From contig NC_087437.1 of assembly GCF_036321535.1 (NCBI RefSeq), positions 24,430,001-24,494,000 on the forward strand: a DNA stretch of 64,000 nt, given 5' to 3'. Each line of letters starts with the position of its first letter. Position 1 is the first letter of the stretch. The notes under the pieces are model-generated. The model was not told the DNA's origin and did no database searches. It was given only the letters and a program-made list of their open reading frames with translations. Below are positions 13,106 to 25,631 of this stretch, piece by piece. The stretch is from Camelus dromedarius. Its lineage: Eukaryota. Both the position numbers and the translations under genes were made by a program.

Positions 13106-15239
13106 CACCCAGAGGGTATAAAAATAGATTCTCTACACTTCCATTTGCCAATATAATTTACAACTATTATAATAAAACCTTCCCTTTGCCTTCTTCATGA
13201 CATGTAACTATTTCATGTGAAATACACTACTACCAGTAATATTATGAAGACAGGAGGGCAAAAAATAAATTAAAAAAAAACATACAGACTTTTCTGACAC
13301 CTAATTAAAACATGACTACAAGAAAGGCTTACAGAACAAAAAAAGGAAGCAATTCATCTTTTTAAAAGGGCTCTTCAATAATTTGGATTATTAAAGGGAC
13401 TCAAAATACTAAGGTCCTTGCCAAAATCTTTGAAAAAAAATTTTTACAGCTTTCACCATTCATCTCTGTCTTCAATGTCCAATTCATGATGTCACTTATA
13501 TAGTTTTCATATACAGCAGCCTCCAGTTTTCATATTGTCAAAGCTAATTATTATTTTTCTTTGATAGTTTCATCCATTATTTAATACTTAGAAACTCCAT
13601 TCTCATGCAGAAATCAATTGCTCACCTATACGTTCTTCCTCAAATGAAATGAAATGTCATAAGACATTTTCATATTTTACCTAAAATCTCTATGGAATTT
13701 ATCATGGTAAAGGAAAAATCTCATTTTATTTTCCAACTGTCCACACAATATTTATTGAAGAAGCTTTTCAAGTCATTGAAGAAAGAAGTATCCTCTTTAA
13801 AAATTAAATAATTAAAAGAAGAGCTAAGAGAATCCTAGTTTGGTTGAGGAGAGGTAGGGAAAGGAGAAAGAGGTAATTTGGAAAGTGGAAATTTGGATTC
13901 AGCATAAACCTGACTGTGGTAGCAAGAGACAAAAGGAAAGAGCAGGACTCGCAGGGAGCTGAGAAGGAACCATGGTCAGGAAAAGGGATTTTCTGCATTA
14001 TGAAATTTCACTTGGGCCGCCCCAAGGAAGGGGTCAGGAATACGTCTTGTAAGTGCTCTCTCAAGAAAGTCAGGGAGAAAAAACAGCTATCCGAAGCAAC
14101 TCCAGTGGAGTTGTTTCATAAATGAGGAGGGAAGCATGGTCACACAGTAGTCAGCCTGCACCCCACAATAATCTTGGCTTGAAAGTAAAGAAAATACATC
14201 TGCCAAGTAAGCCTACATAATGCAAGCACATTTTAACACAAGAGCTGTGTGAAACATAAATAAATAAATAAATGTAATTATTTATTTATCTATCTGTACT
14301 TGCCCTCATTCCAAAAATTTAATATTTGTTCTCCTTTTCCTACCTACAAGAGATCAAAAAAGTTAAATGAATTTAAAAGATGGAAAAATAAATCACCTGT
14401 AATCGCACCTCCTGAAATATACAAGGTAAATTATTCTTAGTATTTGGCAAATATTCTTTTATAAACAAAATTATTTTCACAAATACAGTATACCAACATA
14501 AATTCATAAAAATAATTCATAAATGTATAAAATTCAGTCAAAGAAAAAAATTCAAAAGAGAAAGACCAAGACAGGACCAGAATCTGGAATGCAGCTAGAA
14601 CAAAAAATATAGAGGTCACTTACCGTAGGCCACAAATTTTACTCAAAGCCTTCGGCCAACCAAACTCAAAAGGGAAATATAATCCTCCATATAGTTCAAA
14701 ATGCCATTAGATTAAAAATAATGAAGTTTTCAGGAAAAAGGAATGACCTATCTCCCCAGAATGTTTTACAATAAACAATGTTCTCATTTTCCTAAGAACC
14801 CATAGAATTTATCTACAACATGATGGAAATTATCAGTATTTTGTAAACTCTAATCCCTATACAGAGGCCAGGCAAGAATCACAAGTGATTAACTTTGCAC
14901 CTGGTTTAAAACAATAGAGGAGGGATTGTGTTAAGCTTGAGAGAAGCAGCCCTAACTATATACATTTAAGTACGTATGTAGGTATGTACTATACCTCTTT
15001 AATATTTGATCAATTTTCTGGCCACACAAATCATACACACTCTTCAAGAATCTGTACAATCCCTATTACTTTGTTGACTTTTCCCCCAAGGTCTTTGCTT
15101 ATGATTCTCATCAACAAACATCATTCCTTAATGCTGTTGCATGTGGAACACTGTGCTGATTACCAAACAATGGGACTTTAAAAAAAAAAAAAAACAAAAA
15201 GAAAAAGACGTCATATGTTCTCTAGATAAGTTAACACTT

Positions 15240-15455
15240 TTTGTTTTTTTGATGGGGTTTTTTTGCATTCTTTTTTTATTGAAGTATAGTCAGCTTACAA
15301 TGTGTCAATTTCTGATGTACAGCACAATGTTTCAGTCATACATATACATGCATATATTCGTTTTCATATTCTTTTTTCATTATAGGTTACTACAGGGTAT
15401 TGAATATAGTTACCTGTGTATACAGTAAAAATTTTTTGTTTATCTGTTTTATATA
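15240..15455 (-). mobile_element. Lineage-specific L1 3' end, 5' truncated
   Basis: Homologous (reverse complement) to the L1 3' ends at 16280-16450 and 53875-54050; TSD taacactt at 15232-15239 and 15456-15463. Confidence 0.85.
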
Positions 15456-15899
15456 TAACACTTCCTTCTTGAAAAAAGTAACAAGTGTCAAGAAACTCTG
15501 GAAGTTTTGAAAAGTGAAACACCTGTAGGGATTTCATGATTAAAAAAAAAGTGACAAGTATTTCCACTCTGAAATCAGATTTTAATGGTTAGGATGGATT
15601 TGAATGTTTTCTTTTAAATTAAACGGTTGGACAACAGAGATCATATATTTTAACTAGCCTCATTTAAAAGTGGCAAAATTGATATGAAAAGATGTAAAAT
15701 AAGTTGCTGAATCTATATCTAGTTAGTGGAAATATTAGCTGGAATGTAGAATTGTCCTTTATCCATATTTTGTTAACATTTTTCTAAAATATGTATATTT
15801 ATTTACAGCAAATTAAAAATAAACCCTGCTCCAAATGAAACTTGACCTCCAAGTTTCCAACAGTTAGATTGATAACATAGATTCCTTAAGATATATGTC

Positions 15900-16452
15900 A
15901 AAGCAGCACTATTTACAATAGCCAAGACATGGAAACTACCTAAATCTCCATCAACAGATGACTGGATAAAGAAGTTGTGTTATATTTATACAATGGAACA
16001 CTACTCAGCCATAAAAAGGATAAAATAATGCCATTTGCAGCAACATGGATGGCCCTGGAGAAGCTCATTCTAAGTGAAGTAAGCCAGAAAGAGAAAGAAA
16101 AATACCATATGACATCACTCATATATGGAAACTTAAAAAAATAAAAAGACAAATGAACATATATATAAAACAGAAACTGACTCACAGACATAGAATACAG
16201 ATTTGTGGTTGCCAGGAGGGAGGAAGGTGGGAAGGGATTAACTGGGAGTTTGAGATTTGCAGATACTGACTGGTATATGTAAAATAGATAAACAAGTTTA
16301 TACTGTACAGCACAGGGAAATATACTCAATACCTTGTAGTAGCTCATGGTGGAAAAGAGTAAGAAAATGAATATGCTTGTATGACTGAAGAATTGTGTAC
16401 ACCAGAAACTGACACAACATTGTAAACTGACTATACCTCAATAAAAAAAAAA
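15900..16452 (+). mobile_element. Lineage-specific L1, ORF2 C-terminus plus 3' UTR
   Basis: gcagcactatttacaatagccaagacatgg...gccatttgcagcaacatggatg...ctaagtgaagtaagccag; AATAAA and poly(A) at about 16440-16452; degenerate TSD (atatatgtcaa / aatgtgtcaa). Confidence 0.9.
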
Positions 16453-17350
16453 TGTGTCAAGCCTGTGTTATATAAATTAATGATATACTATTTGAAAGAA
16501 CAGAAATTATACCCCAAACCTCTCCTGTTATGTGTTTATTTTTTCAATTTATAGTAAAAATAAAAAAGTGACTTTGTGTGCAGTTATATGAATTTTACCA
16601 TGTTTCGATTTGTATAACCACTACCACCATCAGGCTGCAAAGCATCTCATCATCTGACAAGACTCCCTCATGCTATCTCTTTTCAGTCACTCTCTCATCT
16701 CACCCTCAAACCTTGGCAACCACTGATTTGTTCTGTCACTAGTTTTGTCTTTCCAAGATATGACATATAATGGAATCATATAGGATGTAAACTTTTATGA
16801 CTAAATTCTTTCCTCCGCAAAATGCCTATGTAATTTATCCAACTTATTGTGAATATCAATTGTTCATTCATTTTTGTAGCTAAGTAATATTCCACTGTAT
16901 GGATGGACTATGATTTATCCATCACCCATTGAAGGATATTTGATTCGTTTCCAGCTTTTATGACTATGAGTGCTTTTGCTATAAACACTCATGCGCAGGT
17001 TATACATGAACATGTTTCTATTTCTCCAAGGTAAACATCTAGGCAGGGAACTGTTAGGTCATAGGGTAAATATGAGTTTAACAATATAAAAAACTGACCT
17101 ATCTTCCAGAGTGGCTACACCATTTTGCATTTGCACAAGCAATAAGTTCTCATAGCTCTGCAACCTTGGCAATCCCTAAAGTTGTTTTCAAATATTTTTA
17201 GCCATTGTAATATGCATATAATCATAGCTCATAATGGTTTAATTTATATTTTTCTAATGGCTAATGATGTTGAACGCATTTCATGTGCTTATTAACTTGC
17301 CATGTCTCCTCTTTGGTGAAAAGTTTGTTTAAATAATTTGCCCTTTTTTA

Positions 17351-17502
17351 ACCATGTTTTTTAATTTTTTTTTTAAATTTATTTATTTACTTTGGGGGAG
17401 AGGTAATTAGGTTATTTTTTTAAATGGAGGTACTGGAGATTGAACCCAGGACCTTGTGCATGCTAAGCATGCGCTTTACCACTGAGCTATGCCCTCCCCC
17501 TC
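17351..17502 (-). mobile_element. tRNA-derived SINE (Vic-1-like) inserted in L1
   Basis: ggaggtactggagattgaacccaggaccttgtgcatgctaagcatgcgctttaccactgagcta; TSD aatttgcc(c/a)tttttt on both sides. Confidence 0.9.
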
Positions 17503-19632
17503 AATTTGCCATTTTTTAATTGGGTTGTTTGATTTCTTACTGATAAATTTTGAAAGACCTTTATATACTCTGAATATAAACCCTTCGTCAAATATGTGGT
17601 TTGAAAATATTTTCTCCCAGTCTGTAGCTTGTCTTTTCATTCTCTTAGCAATGTCTTTTTTGGAATAAAAGTTTTTCATTTTGATGAAGTTCAAGTTACC
17701 AATTGTTCTCCTTTTATAAATCATGCTTTGGGTGTCATTTTTAAGCATTTTTTTTACCTAACCCCATTTCATGAAGATTTTCTGTAGTTTCTTCAAAAAG
17801 TTTTAGTTTTTACATTTCATATTTAGATTTATGACCCATTTTGAAATAATTTTGCATAAAATGTGAGATTTAAGTCAAAATTCATTTTAACACATAGAGA
17901 GGCCCAGTTGTTTCAACACCACTTGTTGAAAATACTTGACTTGCCTATTCTTTGTCAAATATCCCTCGGTCATGTTCGACTGGGCCTGTCTGGACTCTTC
18001 TGTTCTGTGCATCTGTGTGTCCATTCCTTTAACACCACCACACTGTATTACTGTAGCTTTACAGTAAGCCTGAAAAGTTGGACAGTGATCTGTACAATTT
18101 TATTTTTGTTTTTCAAAATTGTTTTGGATAATCTAGTTCCTTTACTCTTCCACATAAATTTTTAGAATCAGCTTTTTTGTATCTACAAAAAAATAAGATT
18201 TTGTGTGCATTCAATCAATAGATCAATCTGAGGAGAAATAACATCATTACTATATGAGTTGCCCGCATCATGAACATAGTATGTATTCCTTTACTTAAGT
18301 CTTTTCTTCCCTGCCAGCCTCTTACAATTTTCAGCATAGAGGACCAATACATATTTATTACATTTGTTTCTAAGTATTTCATTTGCGGGGAGAGGGACTA
18401 GTATAAATGCTATCTCTTGTGTTTCCAATAGTCCATTACAAGTCATAAAGGTATAATTGGTTTTAACCAGAAAGTAGATAAATACACTTAGTTCTAGGAG
18501 TTTTTTTTTATGGATTACTTGGAATTTTCTACTTAGATAATCGAAGTGTCTGCAGATAGGAATTTTTTTTTTCTTTCTAATTTGCATGGCTTTTCTTTCT
18601 CTGTCTTACCTTATTTGCACTGATAAAACTTCTAGTACAATGTTGAAAGCGGACATCCTTGCTTCTTTCCAATCTAAAGTGGGAAGGATTTGGTCTTTCA
18701 CACTAAGTATGATGTTAGATGTAAATTTCCTATAAATGCCTTTTATCACATTTTATCACAATATAAATTTCCCTTATATTCCTAATTTGATGGAAAATTA
18801 TTTTCATGAATGGATTTTCTTAAATAATTTTTTGTGATCAATTGATATAATAAGGTAACTTAATTTTTACTGTTGTTAATTTGATAGATTACATCTTGAA
18901 TACTGAACTGGACTAGCACTCCTAGAATAAACCCTAGATATATAATTTACATAGACATATATGATATTGTATATCTACCTTTTTGGCTGGATTAAGGATG
19001 TTTGCCTATGTGCGTAAGTGATATTGTCTGTCATTTTCTTCTGTTCTTGTCTGATTTTGCTGTCAGTGTGAGACTGGCTTTGAGAGTTGTAAAGTGTTTC
19101 TTACTCTTCTATTTTCTGGGAAAGATTATGTAGAATTGCTATTTCTTCTTTAAATGTTTGATAGAATATGCTGGTGGAACCAGCTCAACCTGAAGATTTC
19201 TTTATTGGAAGGTTTTTAACTATAAATACAATTTCCTTCATTATCATAGGACTATGTACATATTTCATCTTGGATGCATTTTGGTAGTCTGTGATTTTTA
19301 AGGAATTTCATTCTATTTACCTTGTCAGATTTATGTATGTAGAGTTATTTCTAATATTCCTTAATATCCTGTCAATGTCTATTGGATCTGTGGATATCTC
19401 TCTTTTCACTCGATATTGGTAATTTATGTCTATATATTGGTAATATGTTATTGAATTTCACAAGCATTTGGACATTTTCCTGTTATACTAAAAACCAGTA
19501 ACAGAAAGATAAGTCCTTGTGGTCAGAGGACATACTTTGATTTAATTTTTTAAATTTTGTTAAAGTTTGTTTTGTAACTTGGGATATGGTCTATATTAGT
19601 GAGTGTCCCCACACACTTAGAATTCATATTCT

Positions 19633-20030
19633 CTAAAACAGTCAAACTCACAGAAGAGGAGAGTAGAATGGTGTTTGCCAGGGGCTAGGGGGGAAGTGGA
19701 ACTGGAGAGATGTTGTTCAAAGGGCAGACTTTTGGTTATGCAAGATGAATACGGCCTGGAGATCTAGTGAACAACACAGTGACTACAGTTAGCAATAATA
19801 TATTGAAATATTTGAAGTTTGCTAAGAGGGTAGGTCTTAAGTGCTCTCATCTCACACACACATACACCCCAGTAACCATGTGACATGATCTATGTTAGCT
19901 AGATTGTGGTGATCATCTCACAAGATATATCAAACATCAAGTGGGTATACTTTAAATATATATTTTTCTATTTGTCAGTTATACTTCAAAGCTGGGGAGG
20001 AAAAGATTTGTTAAAAAAAAAAAAAAAGCC
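19633..20030 (+). mobile_element. L1MA8/9-like 3' UTR nested in opposite orientation within the older L1
   Basis: gtcaaactcacagaag...agagtagaatggtgtttgccagggg...tttgctaagagggtaggtcttaagtgctctcatc, followed by an A-tail. Confidence 0.75.
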
Positions 20031-23000
20031 TAGTTAAAAAAATAAACGCCTATTCCCACTGTGGTTAGGTGGACTGGTCCGTAAGTATCAATTAGATGCA
20101 GCTTGCGGTTGGCTGGAGGTGATACTCACTTCTCCATAGTTGCTGATTTTCTGTCTGAGAGAAGGCTTTTGAAGTCTTAAACTATAATTATAGATTTGTC
20201 CATTTCTCCTTCCACTTCTGTGAATTTTTGCTTCATGTGTTTAGAAGCTGTGTTAGGTAAATTCACAATTAATAGTTATATCTTCTCGAATTAACATTTT
20301 TTATTATTACATAATACCTCTGTTTGTTGCTGCTTATTTTCTTTGCTCTTAAGTCTACTTTATCTGGTATTAATAAACTACCCTAGCTTTTTGTAAAGAG
20401 TGTTTTACATGGTATAACTTTTTCCCACTTTTAACCCATCTAGATCATTACTTTTGTTTGCAGACTCATAATTTTATAATATTCACAATATCCTATATGC
20501 AATTCAAAATTACTCAGTATATGAAGAGCCAGGAGAATTTCTACTCAAAAGGGAAGACAGTCAGATGCCTACACTGAGATGCCACCCAACACAAAACCAT
20601 TCAGTTCAATTCAATGGGGAAGGCTGAGTTTTTTTTAACAAGTGAGTTTTAAGTGCATCATGAATAGATTAGGCTAAAAATAAGGAGATCAACAATGAGA
20701 CTTATAAAGTTTTATAAAGGCTAATGAGCATAGCACCTTTAAGTTTGGTTTAGGAATAACCTGACTTAGAAGAGGAAGGTACTAGATGGATTTTTGGAGT
20801 AACTAAACTCTTCTACCTTTGGTACCAGAATTATATGATGAATAATGAGAAAAAAATTTTGTTACTGTTCAAGATAGTGTAATATTTTTTCTAATATGTT
20901 CCTATATATTAGAATAGAGATATATGGAGTATACAACACAGTAAAATATTCTTTTTCTAGACCTCTCAAGTTTATTTTGGAAGTTCCAGAGACAATTTAG
21001 AATTTTATGAAAATTTTGTATTCCTTTGCAGAAAATAGGAATAATATGTAATAAAAAGGAAAGTGATAATTTTGTACATAATAATATACAAAAAAAATTC
21101 AAAATGTATAGATCCACCTCTGAGGTTCATAGGTCCTGTATTAAAAATTCCTGATATGTTTGATCACTGCCACCCAGTTTTTTGGTTTTTCTTTTTAGTT
21201 TTTTAAAACTCATTTTAGTTAAATAAGGAATTATATATGTATTGACATCCGTAATACATCTTTGTTAAGTAAAATTGAGCTACGTGGCAAATGTGTTCTA
21301 CCAGAAAAGTATGTTTATAAAAAAAGACATTTTAACATAATTCTCTTTTATTATCTAAGTTTAATATGCATTTTAATAGGGAAATTTTAGAATCTCTATT
21401 GAATATGTGTATTATTTCCACATAGGCTTGACAAATTTCAAAAAGTGAAAAATCACACAAATCATGTAATAACCCTCCTGTCATTGAAAAGAAAAACTAA
21501 AAGAAAAACTAAATTTAGACAAATTATGAATTAAGGGAAATGACAATAATATCTTTCAAATATGTAAAATTTAAGGAGACATAGTAGTCAGTATTCAAAG
21601 TAATTTTTATGGTCAAAACGCTTATAGAAAAAAATAAAGAAGCTAGGGTGAAAAAATGTAAAAAGAACTATTGGTAAGAGTAAAGAAAGGGAAAAAAAAT
21701 CAATGACAATAAAAACTGGCCAAAAAACAATAATGTTGCTGTTAATAGCAGAGTGTATTTATCTTTTTGAATTAATTCTTATTTTGTGATTGGCTTTATT
21801 CCTTTGTTAACTATGTAAGTTTAAAAAGCTAAACCTCTTAATATTCTTAGAAACAATGAACAGTATATATATGTAAATTTAAAAATGTTTAGTATATTGT
21901 CTAAATGCATGTATTTGCATGCAGTATATTGTGTATGTGTAGTCAAATTATAACAATTCTACCTAATAAAAATGAAAATGATAAACTGACCCCAAAAAAA
22001 CAGAATTGATTATTAAAATTAAGTGTGTAAGACCTACAAAATAAAGAAATTTGGCAATATGAACAAGGGAAATAAAAAGATATGAATAAGTCAGTAGGCT
22101 CATGGAAAATGAGAATAACAGAGCTGAATTAAAAATCTAGCATAAAATATAGTCAAAGGCTTTATTCCTATAAATTTACAAATCTAAGCAGATTTGAAGT
22201 GTAATGATGTGATTCTGAATAGAAAAGCTCTAAGAGCAGGAATCAGCCCACTCCCTCAGGATCCAGCAGGCAAAGTCAGAGGCACCTCAGGGAGCAGAAT
22301 GCCTGCAAAGATGACCTGATCGGGGAGGGGAGGGAGGGGAGTGGGGTGGGAGAGAGGATGAGGGGGGATAAATTAGGGAAGTCAGAGAGCAAGATGAGCA
22401 TTCTGTTAGGGGGTTCAGAGAAAAATTCTAGAGAGGGAGACATGACTATGGGTTTTGTTTTTTTTTTTTTAAGAAAGTATGTCTTTATTTGAAAAACTCT
22501 GTACAACATTCCTCTTGCCCTTTAATAATAGAGTCTTAATATTCTTAGGTCATCTGAATCAGACTTTTTATGACTCTAATAGCATGTATAGATGAAGCCA
22601 TAAAATTTAGGTGCTCTAGGTTTAGATATGAATGTAGGTAAATGGCTAAAGGACTGAAAAGATACTTGCCAAACCTAATAGTAACTAACTCTGGAGGACA
22701 GAGTTAAAGTCGAGTGGGAGTGACTGGTGAATGAGAGAAAATTTTTTTCCTATTTTACTCTAAACACTATCCTAGCAGTGTTTTACAGTGACAGTATATG
22801 TTATCTATGGCTATATGTATACACCCATATATATTACTTATGTCTATTGTTTAATAAAACTTTAGCATTGTGTTTTAAAAAGAAAAAAAAGTTTCACTTC
22901 CTTTTTGAGGTTTAGTAAGATTAATTGTTCTATTTATCATTACAAATTTTGCTCAGTGTCCATGAGTCATTCACTTATTTATTCATACATTCCAGTATAA

Positions 23001-23384
23001 ACTGCAGTCCCGTTTCACAGGAAGATTATCATTTCATTGAGGGAAGAAGAAATAAGGGTGTCTTGATTTTGGTGTTTTTTTAAGTAAATAATCTCACAGC
23101 TAATAAATATAATATTAAATATTTATGGGACTTAGAGAAAATAAATTTCAGTCAGGAGTCTGTGGTCTGCTAACATTCTTGAGGAAGACTGAATGGGAAG
23201 TCGTTTTGGCCAGGATGAAGAGGGAAGAAAATGTACTTGCAGCGAAGGGTGATGGAGATATGCCAAGGTGAGGAAGAGGCTCATATACAGTAAACCAGCC
23301 CAACTAGAGCTGAAGGCCCCCAGGGAGGCTGGGTTAGAGAAGGGGAAAGCAGAGAGGAGAACCCTGTACTGTGTTAGAAGGCAC

Positions 23385-23555
23385 ATAGTATAGAAGCAAA
23401 GAGTAGGACTCTGGAGTCCCAGAGACAGAGTTTCTATCCTTCTTAGGCCCCCTGTCTCTGTGTGGAACTGGGATAAGCATCTCAAGCTCCCTGAGCCTCA
23501 GGAAAATGAGGCTAATAGTAATATCAACGTCATGAAGTTGTCATGAAGATTAACT
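23385..23555 (+). mobile_element. MIR
   Basis: gactctggagtcccaga...ctgagcctcag...aaaatgaggctaatagtaatatc...gttgtcatgaagattaa. Confidence 0.6.
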
Positions 23556-24590
23556 TTAAAAGTAATTGAAGTAATTTGTCAAGTGATTTTCAGGGACTTC
23601 ATAGATGTTAACTATATTTCATTATTATTGTTGCATGTGTGGTGTTTAGCTATTATCCAATAAGCCAGCATTTTCCAAGTTGTAGTCTACAGAATGCTAG
23701 TTTTTAAATATTAAATGGGTTTTACTCAAAGAAGAAAGTCCCTTGGGTAGAAAATCTTGAGAAAATCTGAGTTAAATGTTACTAGTAGAAACTCTAATAT
23801 GCTAAGAGGCACTGATCTTCTCTTTGAGGCAGCATATCTAAAAACTGCTGTTTTGCGATTTTTTCCCTGTAGAATTTTTGTTCAGAGCACCTTTTGGAAT
23901 TAGTCTTCCACAGTAGGAACACTAAAGGCAATGAGACAGGACTGCAAAGAATAAGAACATTTCAAAAGACAAAGTAATCCCTAGGGAGGAGCAGAGAATT
24001 CAAGGGAAAAGTCATTGGCAGATTATAATTAGCAGACTTTGATTTTGCCATTTTCATGATGATAGAGGCCAGATTTCAAGAGGTTACAGAACATAAGTCT
24101 GTTTTGTAAAGTGGAGCACCAGGAGGACCAAACACACCCCAAAAAAGAAGGAAGAGGAACGAAGACTAGACAGAGGAAGTGGTGAGCTGTAAGAAAAGTC
24201 ATTTTTCTATATGAGACACTTTTACATATTTGAAGACAGGAGATGATGTAATTCAGAGGAAGAAACTAGAGGTACTATAGGATTTGCCACCTAAAGTTCT
24301 AAAGGAGGCGAAATGGGAAGGAATGAATAAATTAGAAGAGAAAAAAAAAAAAAGAGAAAACAGGTTTTTCCATGAGATGTTTATTTAAAAAAAAAAAAAG
24401 ACTAGGGATACATGTAGGATAAAAGAGCAGTAACTGCTGGTGGACTGAAATATGTGAAAACTCCTGGCTTTCTCAATCCCTATGTCTAAGCAGGGTCAGA
24501 TTCTTTTTGATTCTGGATAGAGAAGAAAGCAAAAGACAAGGCACTTAATTTTTCGGCTTGCTAAGTCATCACAAGGCAACGGGCAGTGTT

Positions 24591-24600
24591 ACCGGAAGTG
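24591..24600 (+). promoter_or_regulatory. Perfect ETS-family (GABPA/ELK-type) motif ACCGGAAGTG
   Basis: Exact 10-mer consensus with its CpG retained. Function is not demonstrable from sequence. Confidence 0.3.
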
Positions 24601-24650
24601 CACAGCAGAAACAAACAAGAGGAGCAGCTGGAAGAAGGAAAAAAGACACG

Positions 24651-24704
24651 CTGTACGGCAGAAATTGACACAGCACTGTAAACTGACTACACTTCAATAA
24701 AGAC
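24651..24704 (+). mobile_element. Extremely truncated L1 3' terminus (about 54 nt)
   Basis: ctgtacggcagaaattgacacagcactgtaaactgactacacttcaataaa matches the other L1 ends in the window; TSD aaagacacg at 24642-24650 and 24705-24713. Confidence 0.85.
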
Positions 24705-25379
24705 AAAGACACGAGGAAAGGAAAAGATTCCTTAGCATTAGAAGCTTGCATACAAGAAGAAATATGATATAGTTTTAAACCACACAATAGCCTAGTGTGA
24801 ATATACGCTTTTCTATGGAATCCATGCTTTCGGTTTTCTATAGAAAAATGCCGTTGAGAGAAACAAGAAGTATTACTTTAACTGAAAGTAAAATCTACTT
24901 TGTAACTCACTGCTCAATAAAAACATACATGAAAACACAAATTCAATGACAGTTTATAAAATGGACTCAGAAATCCATTATAAATTATTAAACAAAACCA
25001 AGCACTAAGTTTTGGCATGAGGATGGTCAACAGAGGTCAACTATCTTTCTCATGGTGTATCCTCATCATAGAAAGTAAGTGGATGAACCAAAATACCTCA
25101 GAAGGGAAATTCTCGTGTTTTTGGTGAAAGGAGCAAGAATTCTGCAGTCGTGAAAACCAATCAACACAATCTCCTCCAACACATCCATTTTTTTAAAATA
25201 AATTTTTAGTCCTCTAAACTGATAAACATTTGATGTATACAATAAAGATATTGCTCAGGAGACCAAAACAAGAAAGAAAATACAGTCTCCTCTTTTATGC
25301 ATAGAGCCAACACTCCTTCATGGGAGTCCTGACAAGTTCCAAATACAGTTTTAAGCATCTTTTAAGCACATCTCTAAAG

Positions 25380-25631
25380 GTGCATGGCTTCCTGATCAAT
25401 TTGCAAGCAACCCCCAACCACAATTTCATCTGCCTTTGAGATCCTGCATTGCCAGTGAGAGACACAAGCTTAGGCACTGGAATTATGCACCTCCAACATG
25501 GCAAGTAGAACTCGATAAAGGCAAGCTACAGCAATATCAAGTTGTCAACATGCAGGATCTAGGCTATTCCATCCGCAAGCACGTTCGACTACGAAACGCA
25601 GTCCATCACAATAACATTTTCAATAAAGTTT
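25380..25631 (-). other. Candidate exon (possibly terminal) of an unidentified minus-strand transcript, with a predicted RNA structure
   Basis: Acceptor tctaattttgcag|AAAC (AG at 25633-25632); one frame gives (R)NFIENVIVMDCVS* with the stop at 25591-25589; five CpGs within 25574-25598; nested inverted repeats. The 3' boundary is unknown. Confidence 0.45.

Larger units (their letters stand above)
16540..20455 (-). mobile_element. Old L1 (L1MB/MC-like), decayed ORF2 and 3' UTR, with nested SINE and L1 fragment
   Basis: ORF 17476-17748(-) gives KRMKRQATDWEKIFSNHIFDEGFIFRVYK, an L1 ORF2p C-terminal motif; T-rich antisense L1 sequence throughout. Confidence 0.85.

Noticed and set aside
14397..14411. 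15-nt minus-strand microexon (ttcag|GAGGTGCGATTACAG|gtgatt)
   Set aside because: Weak donor, and the context (aaatcacctgtaatc) resembles a decayed ancient L1 fragment.
15940..16347. 135-aa ORF and similar ORFs at 55608-55915, 53815-54012 and 41571-41849
   Set aside because: Antisense readings of L1 3' UTR copies; their mutual similarity reflects the repeat.
21152..21164. miR-190-like tgatatgtttgat
   Set aside because: The match ends after 13 nt and there is no complementary arm.
25375..25565. H/ACA snoRNA reading of the structured element
   Set aside because: An ANANNA hinge is present, but the first domain is about 130 nt and the second hairpin is followed by ACC rather than ACA. Kept only as an unexplained structure.
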